Source: Octopus vulgaris (Eukaryota). Taken from it: DNA of 64,000 nucleotides. The DNA lies in the NCBI GenBank assembly GCA_951406725.2, contig OX597823.1:115816001-115880000 (forward strand), in the 5' to 3' direction. The translations under genes were made by a program, and so were the position numbers. The notes below the pieces were generated by a model. It saw only the letters and a list, made by a program, of their open reading frames with translations, made no database searches and was not told the origin of the DNA. Positions 51,580-64,000 of the stretch are shown one piece after another (within the stretch, counting starts at the first letter, position 1; every line of letters begins with the position of its first letter).

Positions 51580-51882
51580 AGTTCTTCCTTCTCAAGCCAC
51601 GCCTGGCTCATAACAGCCGGTTTCCCGGTTTCCTTGCTGTATAGGTTGCCCACCTGGATGGCACGCCAGTCCGTCGCAGGTGAGCTGCAAGATGCAGGAG
51701 GAAAGAGTGAGAGAAAGTAGTGGCAAAAGGGTCCGCAGAAGTTCGCCATTACCATCTACCGGAGCCACGTGGAACTTAGGTGTTTTCACTCATAAACACA
51801 CACATTGCTTGGTGTGAGATTCAAACCCGCGATCCCTCAACCACGAGTCTGCTGCTCTAACCACTAGGCCATGTGCCTCCAC
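51580..51882 (-). mobile_element. SINE family C; a related plus-strand copy lies at 51252-51500
   Basis: Reverse complement of 7094-7398. Confidence 0.82.
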
Positions 51883-52496
51883 CCCTTGCAAGTGGGATAG
51901 CATCATTTGAAAGTTGAAAGCTACAGCAATACAATACGAGGAAGAGCATTGTGAACAGCAGTGTATGACAACATCTGATAATCTGGTCAATACAGGGATA
52001 TAGTTATGCATTTATCTCTGCCATTAATCCTTCCAAAGCTGTCTTGACTTTAAATAGTTTGGGAATTATTTGAGTAGTTGTATCGTTCACCATATACATG
52101 ACTGTAGTTCACCTGAGTAGATTAATGAAGTTTCAATTAATTTTCAATATAATCAAGGTATTGGAAGGATTTTAGCAAACTATCAGTAGCTTCATATACT
52201 GGTACATATTATGGCAGTCTTCAATAGTTGAAATATCATTATATCATTCATGTTATAATGAGATTTTCATTAAGATTTTAATTCAAATGTGGACACTGCA
52301 GTATAAGTGGTTTCAGGCAGCTTGGCATTGAAAGGATCAGCACATGCATCTCATGGATATCTGTACAGGAGTATCTTAAAAGAAGTCACCCGCTTACAAT
52401 GGTCTCACACACACACTTTATATAAATGTGTGTGTTTGTGTATGTGTGTATATATACCTATCGATAGATAGATAGATATACTTATATATACATAAT

Positions 52497-52910
52497 ACAA
52501 TTATAACTAAGGGCAAAAGAAAAAATTCCTATGCCAATATGCTGAGAAATAGTCTTTTAAATCATCAATCACCACATACAATATACATCACTATGAATAT
52601 ACTATGAATTCTCTACTGATGAGAGAAAATCCATTGGATTAATCCCAAAATTGATTCAATATAGAGATAACGCATTAAAAAAAAAAAATTCTGTTAGCTT
52701 GCTTTCCTCAATTTCAGCAGAACATGTACTCGTAATGATGTATATCGTATGTGGTGATTAATGATTTAAAGTCTATTTCTCAGCATATTAGCATTGAAAT
52801 TTTTTCTTTTGCCCTTATTTATAATTGTTTATAATTTTCACCTTTAAAGGTATTTTAATATGCTGGCCACCTGATGAAATTTTTGAAAAAATTTTATCCT
52901 ATATTAGAAG
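52497..52910 (+). mobile_element. Fold-back element (arms 52497-52602 / 52726-52828) with hammerhead in the loop and shared 3' tail
   Basis: ~105-bp inverted arms; loop UCUCUA-CUGAUGA-...-AAAA-UUGAUUCAA-UA-UAGAGA at 52610-52667 with G12 mutated to A; tail ACCTTTAAAGGT...CCACCTGATGAAAT. Confidence 0.75.
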
Positions 52911-52937
52911 TATATATATATACGTACAGATAGCTAG

Positions 52938-52972
<35 letters not shown>

Positions 52973-53879
52973 AATAAATAAACAAAATCGGACAAACAAA
53001 CACAAGGTATGTGTGTTGGTACTTCATGGGTTGGCTGCAGTTTTTAGGTGTAAGATATTATATTCTCTACACACCTGATGTAAAGAAACACCTGAAAGTA
53101 ATTCCTAGTCAAGCGAGACAACTCGCATTGGTCCATTCTCAGAGCAACAGACGTCGATGTTTGGTGATTGTTGTGACTTATCAATGGCGCATACCCAACA
53201 AAGACCACTGCAATAAGTGTGTGAATCTGAGAGGGGAATACGTTGAATAAAATCATAATTAACTGATCCTCCTGTATTTTTTGTTACCCAAAACCAGGAA
53301 CTTTTCAACTTTTCAATTATATATGAAGGATCATATATATATATATATATATATATTATTATTTTTGAGGGAATATAAATCCAAACTTACAGGGAATAAA
53401 GTTCAATTTAGAAATACTAAATCAAATTTCACACAATTGTTCATTTTGAATTGATAAAAGGTGTTTTTTTTCCAATTTTATATATATATAGATAGATAGA
53501 TAGATAGATAGATAGCTAGATGAATGAATTAAGTTTAGTTTTAATCCCTATTCTTATAAACACCAAGTAGCCATTTCACTCACTTTGTGATTGTGAGTGC
53601 ACCAAACCACACGTGGGCGTATGGTAACATTTTCACAGATGCTTGTACGCACAAGTGTACACGTGTTATGAAGCTTGGGCAAAGGCGTTTATATATCCGC
53701 ACGTGATTGTTGGCGATTTTTTTTCTCCTTCATCTTGGACCTTCCTGTTTCCAAAGAAGTGCCATGCTCGAAACATACAACTATTGCTCTTTTCCTTCTC
53801 TAAATGTTTTATCAATACTTTGCCTATGCTATGTCCACATATTTGTTTGTTTTTTTCTTTTTCTCTGTTTTTTTTAATT

Positions 53880-53921
<42 letters not shown>

Positions 53922-54069
53922 TAAAATTATAAATTAGGGTATCTACGAGATACTACCATGCTGAAAATAGCAGCCATAATCCGACTCTAAAAACCACCTT
54001 AAGTGTTCATATAGCAACATGGAGAGAAGACAAAGAGACAAGATGAAACTAGTAAAAAATTACTGGATA

Positions 54070-54128
54070 ATTCCAGATCCCGGATTTCTGACTTTGCATT
54101 TAGGAATGCTTTGCCTCATCAGTGGAAT
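54070..54128 (-). ncRNA. Minimal type I hammerhead ribozyme fold in a putative PLE pLTR (53921-54140)
   Basis: Minus strand AUUCCA-CUGAUGA-GGC AAA GCAUU CCUA AAUGC AAA GUC A-GAAA-UCC G GGA-UC-UGGAAU. Confidence 0.75.
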
Positions 54129-54224
54129 ACACACAGAAAGAAACATAAATACATATATATATAAATACAACATACGAATACTTAAATATACGAATGTATA
54201 CATACATATATATATATGCACGTA

Positions 54225-54932
54225 TGCATCATGACTATTTCAAAATGCCCACTTAATTCCATGAATCTGCATAAAATTTTGCCAAAATCTTGACAGTACC
54301 TGGTCAGTGGCTTATGCAAGGTTGCAGAAAGTGTATGGAGAGGAGTGTATGAGCTGAAAAATTTTGATATTGATAAACGTTCTGGGAGACCCGCTACCAA
54401 CAGAACTGAGAAAAACATCGCAGATGTGTGTGCAGCTGTGAGGGGAAAACATCAAATCACCATTTGTGAGTTATCAGAGGATGTGCAGATTAGTTCAGTC
54501 CATTATCACTGAAGATTTGGGTATGAGGTGCATGTCTGCCAAGTTTGTGCCAAAACTGCTTTCAGCTGACAATACAGCTGCTCATTTAGCACAGCTTGTG
54601 CAGCAGTTCTTGGCTAGGCACCGCATTCCCCAGGTCCAACAGCCACCATATTCTCCAGATCTCACCCCTTGCGACTTTTTCCTCTTTCCGAAAATCAAAT
54701 CCCACTTGAACGGAAGATTTCAGGACATGGAGGAAATCAAAGTGAATGTGATGAGGCAGCTGCTGATTATCCCAGAAAACGAATTCCAGGAATGCTTCCA
54801 TCAATGGATACAGTTCTGGATTAAATGTGTGACTTCCAAAGGGGGACTTCTTTGAGGGAGATTAAACGTCAAATTGGTACAAATTGTAGTATTGTTTTTA
54901 TAGCACCAGATACTTATCGATCAGACCTCATA
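54225..54932 (+). mobile_element. Internally deleted mariner fossil
   Basis: DLGMRCMSAKFVPKLLS and QPPYSPDLTPCDFFLFPKIK (YSPDL motif); the first catalytic region is deleted. Confidence 0.88.
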
Positions 54933-55109
54933 AGTATGTATGTATGTATGTATGTATGTATGTATGTGTGTTTATGTATGTATGTATATATGTATCTATC
55001 TATTTATCTATCTGTCTCTCTCTCTATATATATATAGATAGATAGATATAGATATATATAGATATATATATATCTTATATGTATGTAAAGAAAATAGGAA
55101 AATCTAGAC

Positions 55110-55183
<74 letters not shown>

Positions 55184-55989
55184 TATAGTTTTGATGTGAT
55201 TTTCTTAAGAAAACGGCAGAATACTGTTTATATTTTTGTAGTGAAAATATTGGAGAATCAGTCTATTTCTGCTCAAGATGAGAGTGATCACATTCTTTGA
55301 TAATTGGTTGAGATTTAGTTTGTCACTGACAGGTCATTAGGTTCATGTAGCAAGTGAAGAAGTTTTGAGCAAGAATTTTAAGTTAAATATTTTTTACTAC
55401 TGATATATCAAAAGCCATATACGCATGCATATGTACCCGTGCACACACATAAAACAAGATGGTTCTAATCATGTATAGAATTAATGAAAGTGTAAAAGAC
55501 GAAGAAAAAGAAGGAAATAGGTTGAAGAAAACATGGAAACATAATTTGTCACTGACAATTCATCAATATTATGTGACAAATGAAAGTTTGTTCTGAACTA
55601 AAGTTTTAAGTTAAAAAATTTATATTGTGGGGTTTTTGCATCCAATGAAATATTTTCATGCATAATTGTGACCAGACACACACACAACACACATGCGTGC
55701 ATATGCATGCATATACACAGGCATGTATGCACACACATAAGGAATACACATGTATGCATAGAATTAATAAAACATAATTAAAATAGTAAGAAATAGGTGA
55801 GTGAAAGAAATGAAGACGGAAATTCATTTTTTGAATTTTCATCAAAGTAGAAGTGAAAAATGAAAAATACAAAAAATTAAGAAGAAATAGTGTTTGGCTT
55901 TTTCATCAACATCTTAAAGAGATTTTTGGAGATGTACACATTTTTCTGCTTTGGTTATAACTGTTTTTTTAAACAAAATAATTCAGGGA

Positions 55990-56600
55990 ATTCATTTTTT
56001 GTTGTTTTTTTTTTACATAAAATGTCTTTCCATTTCTAAATGATATATTGGATCATCTTTTAAGCATTGGTAAACACGAAAGTTTTGAATTTCTTGTTCT
56101 CACAAACATTGAAATGCTCACTAAGAGGGTTTTTCATTAGTTCCAGATGGTGTATTTGTTGTTTATGTATTCTCTGCAATTCACATAGGGGTTTTCCAGT
56201 TTGGCTGATGTAATTTTCTTTCCAACTGAGGCAACTTATGCAAAATATGAGGCTTCCTGTTTTGCAGTTCATATCCACATTTGTCTTGAGTATTCAGTAT
56301 CCAAACTCATTCATTACAATTTTTACTATGCTTATCCCACAACTCCTGCTGTCTTCACAAGTTTTTTCTTCTTTTACAGAAAATTCTAGGTTATTTTCTA
56401 GAGAGAATTTTGAGGCTTTTTGGTTGACTCTTGCTGTTTATGACTGGACTTTCGAGGATTAAATCCTTTATTTTCATACTTCAGAAAAATAATTGAGAGA
56501 TTCTCTAATAATAGAAGATCTTCTGTCCTTTTTTCAATCCCATTATCTATTAAGTTCAGGTATTATTTTAGCAGCTTATGAAAGCTTCTAAGCTATTCTG
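55990..56600 (-). mobile_element. Degenerate Penelope-like GIY-YIG 3' fragment
   Basis: MNCKTGSLIFCISCLSWKENYISQTGKPL...HKQQI...PLSEHF, homologous to 32085-32549. Confidence 0.75.
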
Positions 56601-56806
56601 ATTGCCTTAGTTGTAGTCTTGGTTTGACTACTATTGCACGTATGCAGTTTGCCAGAATCATCCTTCTAGGACATCCTTGTAAAATCATGCCATACCAGGA
56701 TCACATGTCATACAAATATCCCAAACTGCTTCACAGTGTCTACTTCTATGACTGGATATGTATTGATATGTGCATTTGTTGATGCATATAAATATATCTT
56801 CATCTG

Positions 56807-56856
<50 letters not shown>

Positions 56857-57110
56857 GTATATATGCATACACATGCGTATATATATATATATATGTATGT
56901 CTATATATATGTATATAGGTACATGTATGCATATGTATATAAGATAATCTCACTGTCAAACTAAATTAAGTCAGTTAATCTGATAAACATTGATTTTGAA
57001 GTATATTTTTTTTATTCCTTTAGTAATAATATTGAATTTACAAACAGTTGCTGTGTTTTTGAAACAACAGTTGTTTTGTTTCTGAAATGTAATTCTGTTG
57101 TCATTATTTG

Positions 57111-57480
<370 letters not shown>

Positions 57481-58189
57481 TATTTATCTCTCAGCTTAGA
57501 TCTTCACTATTCTTTACACCAGTGTAAACCACCGTATACAAAAGTTCCTCCATATTTCTTTAATGCTAAATTTGTATATTAGAAAACTGTTCCTATCAGA
57601 TTAAAACACTGCTTTTGACTTTTAATTCAATGCATTTGTATTTAAACTGTTTTTCATTATCCTGGCTATCAGATCATATCTGTGTAGATATCTCCATGAT
57701 TGTCGCTATAGTTACACCTTCCTTTCTGTGATAGGTTACTGTCTGTACAACAATGCGAGATGTACATTGTTGAAACAGGATTATATTCTAATCTATTTAT
57801 TTTGTTGATGAATTATCTATCTATTTGTGTATTTTGGAAGTAATAGCTTACTGCCAAGTGAAGCCATCCAACTGCCTTGCTAATATAGTGGTTTCAAGGA
57901 AGAATCACTTTAAGTTAGGTTGCAAAATTATCTTGAAAATCTTTAAAAGCTTTCTACAAAACCAAAATAACATATCTTTGTGTAAAGCTTGTTAATTATG
58001 AAAAAATTATCCATGCATATAATATGTATGTGATTATATGTAGGAATGTGGAAATGTATGTGTATGTATGCATACATACATACATACAGACATACACACA
58101 TATTGTGTGTGTGTTTGTGCATGCACACATGTGTGTATGTGTGAAAGATGGTGTTCAACTTCACAATCATTTGATTAACCATTCTTTGC

Positions 58190-59340
58190 ATTGAGCAGTT
58201 CCATACATGATATAGGATGAGTATTCCATTGTGGGTCTCAAATGATCCTTAGAAAGGGTCAGCAGTTATTGATGGATAGAAGTATTTTCTGGCTTTGAAT
58301 AAGTTCAGTCTTTGAGATGCCATCCTTGAAATGTTGAAGGTGTGTGTTTATCAGGAAAGATCCTCAGTTATAATAAGGCCTATTTCAAGTGATCATGTGG
58401 GTTTTAGTTGCATGTTGTTCGTGTTTAAGGAGGGAGAGATGTGATAATGTTTTCTTGATAATATTAGTGACTGGGTCTTTTTGCTGTTAAAGGAAACAAG
58501 ATTTGAGTGGCCCCGTTGGAAAATGATTTTGAAGTTTCTATTTGCGGACTAAATGTAGATTTGGCAACAGATGTTTAAATTGCATGTGAATGAAACTAGT
58601 ATGTGAAAAATTAGACAGGAATGAAGGGTAGTATCATTTGTAATGGAGCAATCATTGTTAGAGATGATGGCAGGCATGTCATTGATGCATAGTAGGGAAA
58701 TAGAAGACAAAACTGAAACCTGGAGCATATAGGAGTTGATAAAATGTGAGTCAGCAGAGCTCCATCAACACATGCTACGAAGGTGAGCTAATAGGAAGTT
58801 TTTTTATCTGAGAGACAATATATGGAAGGAGGCGATAGGGGGGAAGTTTTGACAGGAGATTTATGTACCAGATATAGTTAAAAAGGTTTGGTTGTATTGG
58901 ATGCAACAAGAGTGTTTTCAACACATTTTTGAAGGATGAGAGCTATTTTGAAGGATGAGAGCAGATTTCCAATAGATCTGGCTTTATAAACAGCACACTC
59001 AGGGTATTTTAGATGAGCAATTGATAAGTTGCTAATAATGATATCCGTAACCTTTCAGATGTATGTTAAGAATGAGTGTGATAAGATTATAGATGTAAAG
59101 ATCAGAAGTTTCTTTTCCGTGGGTATAAGTCACTGTAACAATAAATTTCAAAAGCTGGGATATACACCTATAGAGGGAGGAGAATAGCAATAAAGGCTAA
59201 GATCAGAAGTACATTGCTTAAAGGTAATGGAAGATATATTTTCAAGACCAATGGCATTGTTGCTTTGAAGCATTAAAAAATGTGTGTCTAGGGTAAATGG
59301 TTTTGGAGGAGATTTAATCAAAGTGAGCAGCAAAATGGAG
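58190..59340 (-). mobile_element. Ancient CR1/L2/Jockey-group LINE RT remnant
   Basis: Degenerate motifs AIGLENISSITFKQC, ARSIGNLL, LQVSVLSSISLLCINDMP (cf. PQGSVLGPLLF..INDLP) and LRPTMEYS. Confidence 0.62.
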
Positions 59341-59429
59341 GCTTTCCCTACTAATTACAGAATAATTAGAGTTGGAACCCATGAGCTGTTCTAACTGAAT
59401 CAACACACCAGAATTCATCCATCAACTGA

Positions 59430-60285
59430 TGTACAGGACCTTAGGCTCAATTCAGGCTGTTATGTGAAGCTGCTGGAGAATCGTGGTCAAACACTGACTG
59501 GAGAGGATTGCTGCTGGTAGGCCACATGGGTGGCAGCAGGATTTAGTTCCTTGCCATACCTGCAGAAAGAGTCAGAAGTGATTGTTGGAGAATCCATGAT
59601 TTCACCAACCCCAATTTCGGGCCTCCTAATTCTCCTGATTGGTCAGGTAAAGTTGAGACAGTGTCACGTGACAACTTACTGGGGCTGCCTGCTGGAGCCT
59701 AGCGGCAGGTATTTAAGGGGAAATTTGACAAGACAGTCAGTCGCCTGCTGACACTCATTGACACTACATCAAAGAGGCCAGGGAACAGAAGAAAGAAGAC
59801 ATGCACCCAACACCAGAGCTGAAGACACCTCTGAAAGGGGTGGGGAGCTGCCACATCAAAACGGTGAAGAAGTTGGGGCCAAAACCGGACGTGGTTCCTC
59901 CTGATGATGTCTTGAGCTAAGTGGATTCTATAAAGGAGCTGTTGTGGTAGCAGACTATGAAACACGGTTGAAATTCCTCCATGGATTACTATGCATGATT
60001 TGCAATTGAGAAAGGCACCAGCTACTCTAGATCAAGGCGGTGCTCGAAGTTCTTCCCAGGGATACAGTGAAGAATGCATGTACCAGATTCTGGAGCCCTC
60101 TGAAGGCTGTGGTGGAAGCTAAGGCAGCCACTTTGAGTAAACTATAATCTCTCAGCCATAATCTAGTTGATATTTTTTGATTTTTTTTTTTTTGATTTAT
60201 AAAAAAAATACTTTTATTTTTGGATAGAATATTGTGTTTTCTTTTTGTTTTATACAAAGTCAAATTTAGCGAAGCACCTTGTTCA
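59430..60285 (+). mobile_element. maT/Tc1-like 3' fragment interrupted at its SPD..PMDYY motif by a ~335-bp insert (59641-59975)
   Basis: WVAAG/WQQD..CHT, PPNSPD | PMDYYA, ACTRFWSPLKAVVEA. Confidence 0.68.
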
Positions 60286-60739
60286 TACACACATACATAC
60301 ACGCAATCTTATAATCACAAACCTTCTTGATAGAAAAACATCAATATTATCAGTGTACTCGTAAAGTCTTTAATACTTCGAAGGGCACTCAACCATAAAA
60401 ACCAAGTAGAATTGAAATCTATATGTACATGGTCCTCTAAGGTAGCTAGTAAAACAGATAACTCCAAATATGAACTGACTTGGACTACAATGGCCCATCC
60501 AAACCCATGCAAGCATAGAAAACAGACATAAAATAATAATGATTCAGGCAACACTGGTGATTTGGGATTTTTTTCCTTATTCTGATTACTTAATGTACTG
60601 GCAACAATAACCACAATAATAATAAGAATAACAATTGAAGGGTATAAACCGAAAGACTTCCAATAAAATAGTAAAGGCAGAGGGAGAAGGTGACTGATGC
60701 TGCAGATAGTGACAGTAAACAGCCTGGAGAATCACTTAA

Positions 60740-60958
60740 CCCTTTCCTTTCTATATTTATTTTGAGATGTTCTGTGTTTCTTTCAATTAATTTTAAATAT
60801 AACAAAGAATTTAGTAAAATAACTTGGTTATCATTCAGCTGGTGTTAAGAACAATTGGGACTAAGGTTTGGTGGAAGATTTTAATTCAAAACTTATGAAA
60901 ACAAGACATTTGTACTACAAAGCCAGAGGGGGTTTCAGCCAGATTGGTATCAAAAGTG
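60740..60958. mobile_element. piggyBac-type MITE
   Basis: TTAA-CCCTTT...AAAGTG-TTAA, i.e. TTAA on both sides. Confidence 0.62.
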
Positions 60959-61974
60959 TTAAGCAATCTCTAAATAGACTCTGTAAATGAGCTTCTCAAG
61001 GATATCAACAGATTTGTGTGTGTGTGTGTGCGCGTGTTTGTGTGTGAGTGTGAGTGTTTTTCTGTGTGTGTGTGTGTGTGTGTGTGTTTCTGTGTCTCTC
61101 CATTTCTCGATATTATGTGATAGTTGTAAATGAGACTCACCATCATACAAGTGGTGTCGTTTGTTTCCAATCTTCCATGAAAACATGTCTGGCTATGGGG
61201 AAATATTACCTAGCTTAGGAACAGGTGAAAGTTGGCAACAGGAAAGGCATCCAGCCATAGGAAATTTGCTTCAACAAATTCGGTTTGATCTATGGAAGCA
61301 TGGATAAAAAAGGGAACTTTAAAAGGATAATGATGATGCTGAATTATATAAATATAATATAAAGTAGGTAATATATTAAAATGTGATAATAGATAATAAT
61401 TTGAAGAAGAGCAAACACATGAGAAGTAGCAATATATGATACAGGTAATACAAGGTAAGGAACCAAAATCCTTAAATATTAATAAACTTTTGGTAAATTA
61501 TAGCCTTAGTTGAGTGAAATCACAAGGAAACCTAGAATCAACTATTGAAATAGATTATCTTCAATTAGATTGACTGTAATTACTCAACCTATAAACACCA
61601 GGTGAAGTCATTAAAATACCATTTAATGAATTCTCATTAAGAAATAGTTCAATCACCAAGATTTCTTCATTCTGTGAAAATGTTATAATCGTATAAATAT
61701 TGCTCTCTCACTGGCTGCTTTGAGGGTCTCTGTTGCTATCAGTATTATCATATAGTTTGTATCAATACTAATTAGTACTATTATGCAGTTTCCCCTTTCA
61801 GTAATAGTTTAGTATTGTCATAGAGCCCTGGCCTACGCTAGTTAGTATTGTCATGGGCTGCGTCAACTAGCTATCATGATCACATGATACCTAGTACTAG
61901 TTATCCTGTAACCTCTGCCAGTAATAACTCTTTATTGCTATTTACACTCTATAGTAATTAATATTGTTACAGAG

Positions 61975-62189
61975 TAAGGTGGCAAGCTGGCAGAAACGTT
62001 AGCACACCGGGCGAAATGCTTAGCGGTATTTCATCTGTCTTATGTTCTGAGTTCAAATTCCGCCAAGGTTGGCTGTGCCTTTCATCCTTTCAGGGTCTAT
62101 AAATTAAGTATCAGTTGCATACTGAGGTTGATCAAATTAACTAGACCCCCTTCGCCAAAATTTCAGGCCTTGTGCCTAGAATAGAAAAG
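61975..62189 (+). mobile_element. Family B SINE with ~15-bp TSD
   Basis: AATATTGTTACAGAG before and AATATTGTTACATAG after. Confidence 0.85.
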
Positions 62190-62306
62190 AATATTGTTAC
62201 ATAGGCTCTATTAATAATCAGTATATTTGACACCAACTATATCATTATTAGTTGGAAGTAAACTATAACACACTGGTGGTATATATTATATCTATCTATC
62301 TATCTA

Positions 62307-62362
<56 letters not shown>

Positions 62363-62367
<5 letters not shown>

Positions 62368-63605
62368 GATGTGTAAGATATTTGAGGACAGATTTATGTT
62401 TGTAAAAAAACATATATAATAACAGATAACTATATTTATCAAAAAATGCTATGAGGATAAAAATAAGCCTTCTTTTCTATAATATTATTCAATAAATAAC
62501 CTTCAGCTTCAACGATTGCTTCTACATGAGATCTAAATCGTCTATATGCTCGAATCAAGAGGTCCTGATTCATTTTCGACATTACTCAGACTATGGCAGC
62601 TTTCAAAGAATCTTTGGTGTTATGGGCATGTTCATTGATTTCTCTCTCAACAACACTCCACATATAATAGTCCAATGGATTGAGATCTGGGGAATTAGGA
62701 AGCCAAATGTTCAGGGTTATGTGACTGTGAAAATCTTCAGCCATCTATTCCTGTATTACTTGAGCCATGTGTGATAGTTCTTACTGAAACACATATGGTA
62801 TTCCATTGTATACACTGTCTATCCAGGGCATAACAATTGTTTCCAGGACCTCAGTGTAGGTAACAAAGTTAACTCTAAGGTCTTGTGGAAAGAAGTAAGG
62901 CAGCATCAGATGTCCTTCATTGCTGACAATCCCTAAAACCATGACAGTTGCAGGAAATTTTGTATGCATAACACTTGGAATTTCAGAAGGGTCTGCACAT
63001 AACCATTTGCTATTTCTTCTGTTAACTTTTTGATCTTGCTTGAAGTTTTTCTTGTTTGAGAATAACCAAATCAAATCTTCTTCTGCTGGATTTTTCAGTT
63101 TGTTTAAGAACCTTTTAGATCTGATGTAGTGATTTTCTTTTACTTTTTTCAGACAAATTGACTTTTCCTCATCACATAAGACATTTCTGATGACTTCGTG
63201 GACAACACTTCTGACTGTTCCTTCTGACACATGGAGATCTTTTGCAATTGACCTCATAGACTTTCTGGGATTGTAATGAATGGTCTGGATAAATTCAGGT
63301 GTTCTGATGATATCAGAGTGTTTAGAATACTTCTTATGCTTTGATACTGGTGATACATTTCCATCTTCAGTCTCTAGCTCCTTACAAACTTTATAGATGA
63401 AACATCTGGCAACTTTTAAAAATCGAGATATTTCTAAATCGCTATGCCCAGCCTTTATAACCACAATAATAGCATGCCTCTTCATTTCTTGAGTAAGCTG
63501 AGGGTCTGCCATCATTATTTTCTGAAACAAAGATTATGCAGTGTTAGCAAAAAATGCAACGATGACACAAAAAAGTTATGTCCTCAAATCCTCAAATACC
63601 TATAC
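62363..63605 (-). mobile_element. Near full-length but disrupted Tc1/mariner element (maT/DD37D-like)
   Basis: ORF 62781-63530 with HTH and KFPATVMVLGIVS; downstream PNSPDLNPLDYYMW; TIR-like GATATTTGAGGACA / TGTCCTCAAATCC; next to (TA)n. Confidence 0.85.
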
Positions 63606-63864
63606 ACACCCACACACACACACACACGCACTCATATATATATGTTTACAAAATTTCAACTACTAAAATATGCTTCAAATAACGATTGTAACTACAAATT
63701 GCTGGTATGGTATTAACAATGAAAATATGAAATATTCCCTGTATTTTCCAGTGTATGAGTCAACAGAGTACATAGTTAAACATGCAGAGTGAACTTTCAA
63801 ACATTGTCACTATCTTTCCAAATTTTGCTGCATTTCACATGGAATTTTTAGTCTTGGTGTATAA

Positions 63865-64000
63865 GTGGAGGCACATGGCCTAGTGGTTAGAGCAGTGGAT
63901 TTGCAGTCGTGGGTTCAAATCTCAGACAGGGCGATGTGTGTGTTTATGAGCGAAACACCTAAGCTCTGGCAGAAGGTAATAGCAAACTTCTGCTAACTCT
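63865..64000 (+). mobile_element. SINE family C, 5' part (runs off the window)
   Basis: Same tRNA-like head as 7094. Confidence 0.8.

Overview
This is AT-rich, microsatellite-dense eukaryotic DNA. The SINE/LINE repertoire points to a coleoid cephalopod, most likely Octopus; that is an inference from repeat types, not a database match. Only one host coding exon is recognisable: a 217-nt + strand internal exon of cytosolic carboxypeptidase 6 (AGBL4/CCP6) at 14897-15113. The rest of the window is probably very long intronic sequence of that gene. It is filled with three tRNA-derived SINE families, RTE, Dong/R4 (REL) and CR1/L2-group LINE remnants, two Penelope-like elements (PLEs), Tc1/mariner fossils, and hAT-, Merlin-, piggyBac-, Helitron- and Helentron-type non-autonomous elements. 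Most long ORFs in the supplied track are microsatellite artefacts. The notable observations are: (1) four minimal hammerhead-ribozyme folds, one with a U3-A8 covariant core, tied to PLE termini; (2) three fold-back elements with unrelated stems but a shared 3' tail; (3) a ~2.3-kb quasi-palindrome built from a SINE hairpin, complementary triplet repeats and head-to-head Dong LINEs; (4) an isolated NRF1/ETS-type promoter island deep in the intron; (5) strand-polarised SINEs bracketing the AGBL4 exon. Repeat boundaries were read by eye and are approximate.
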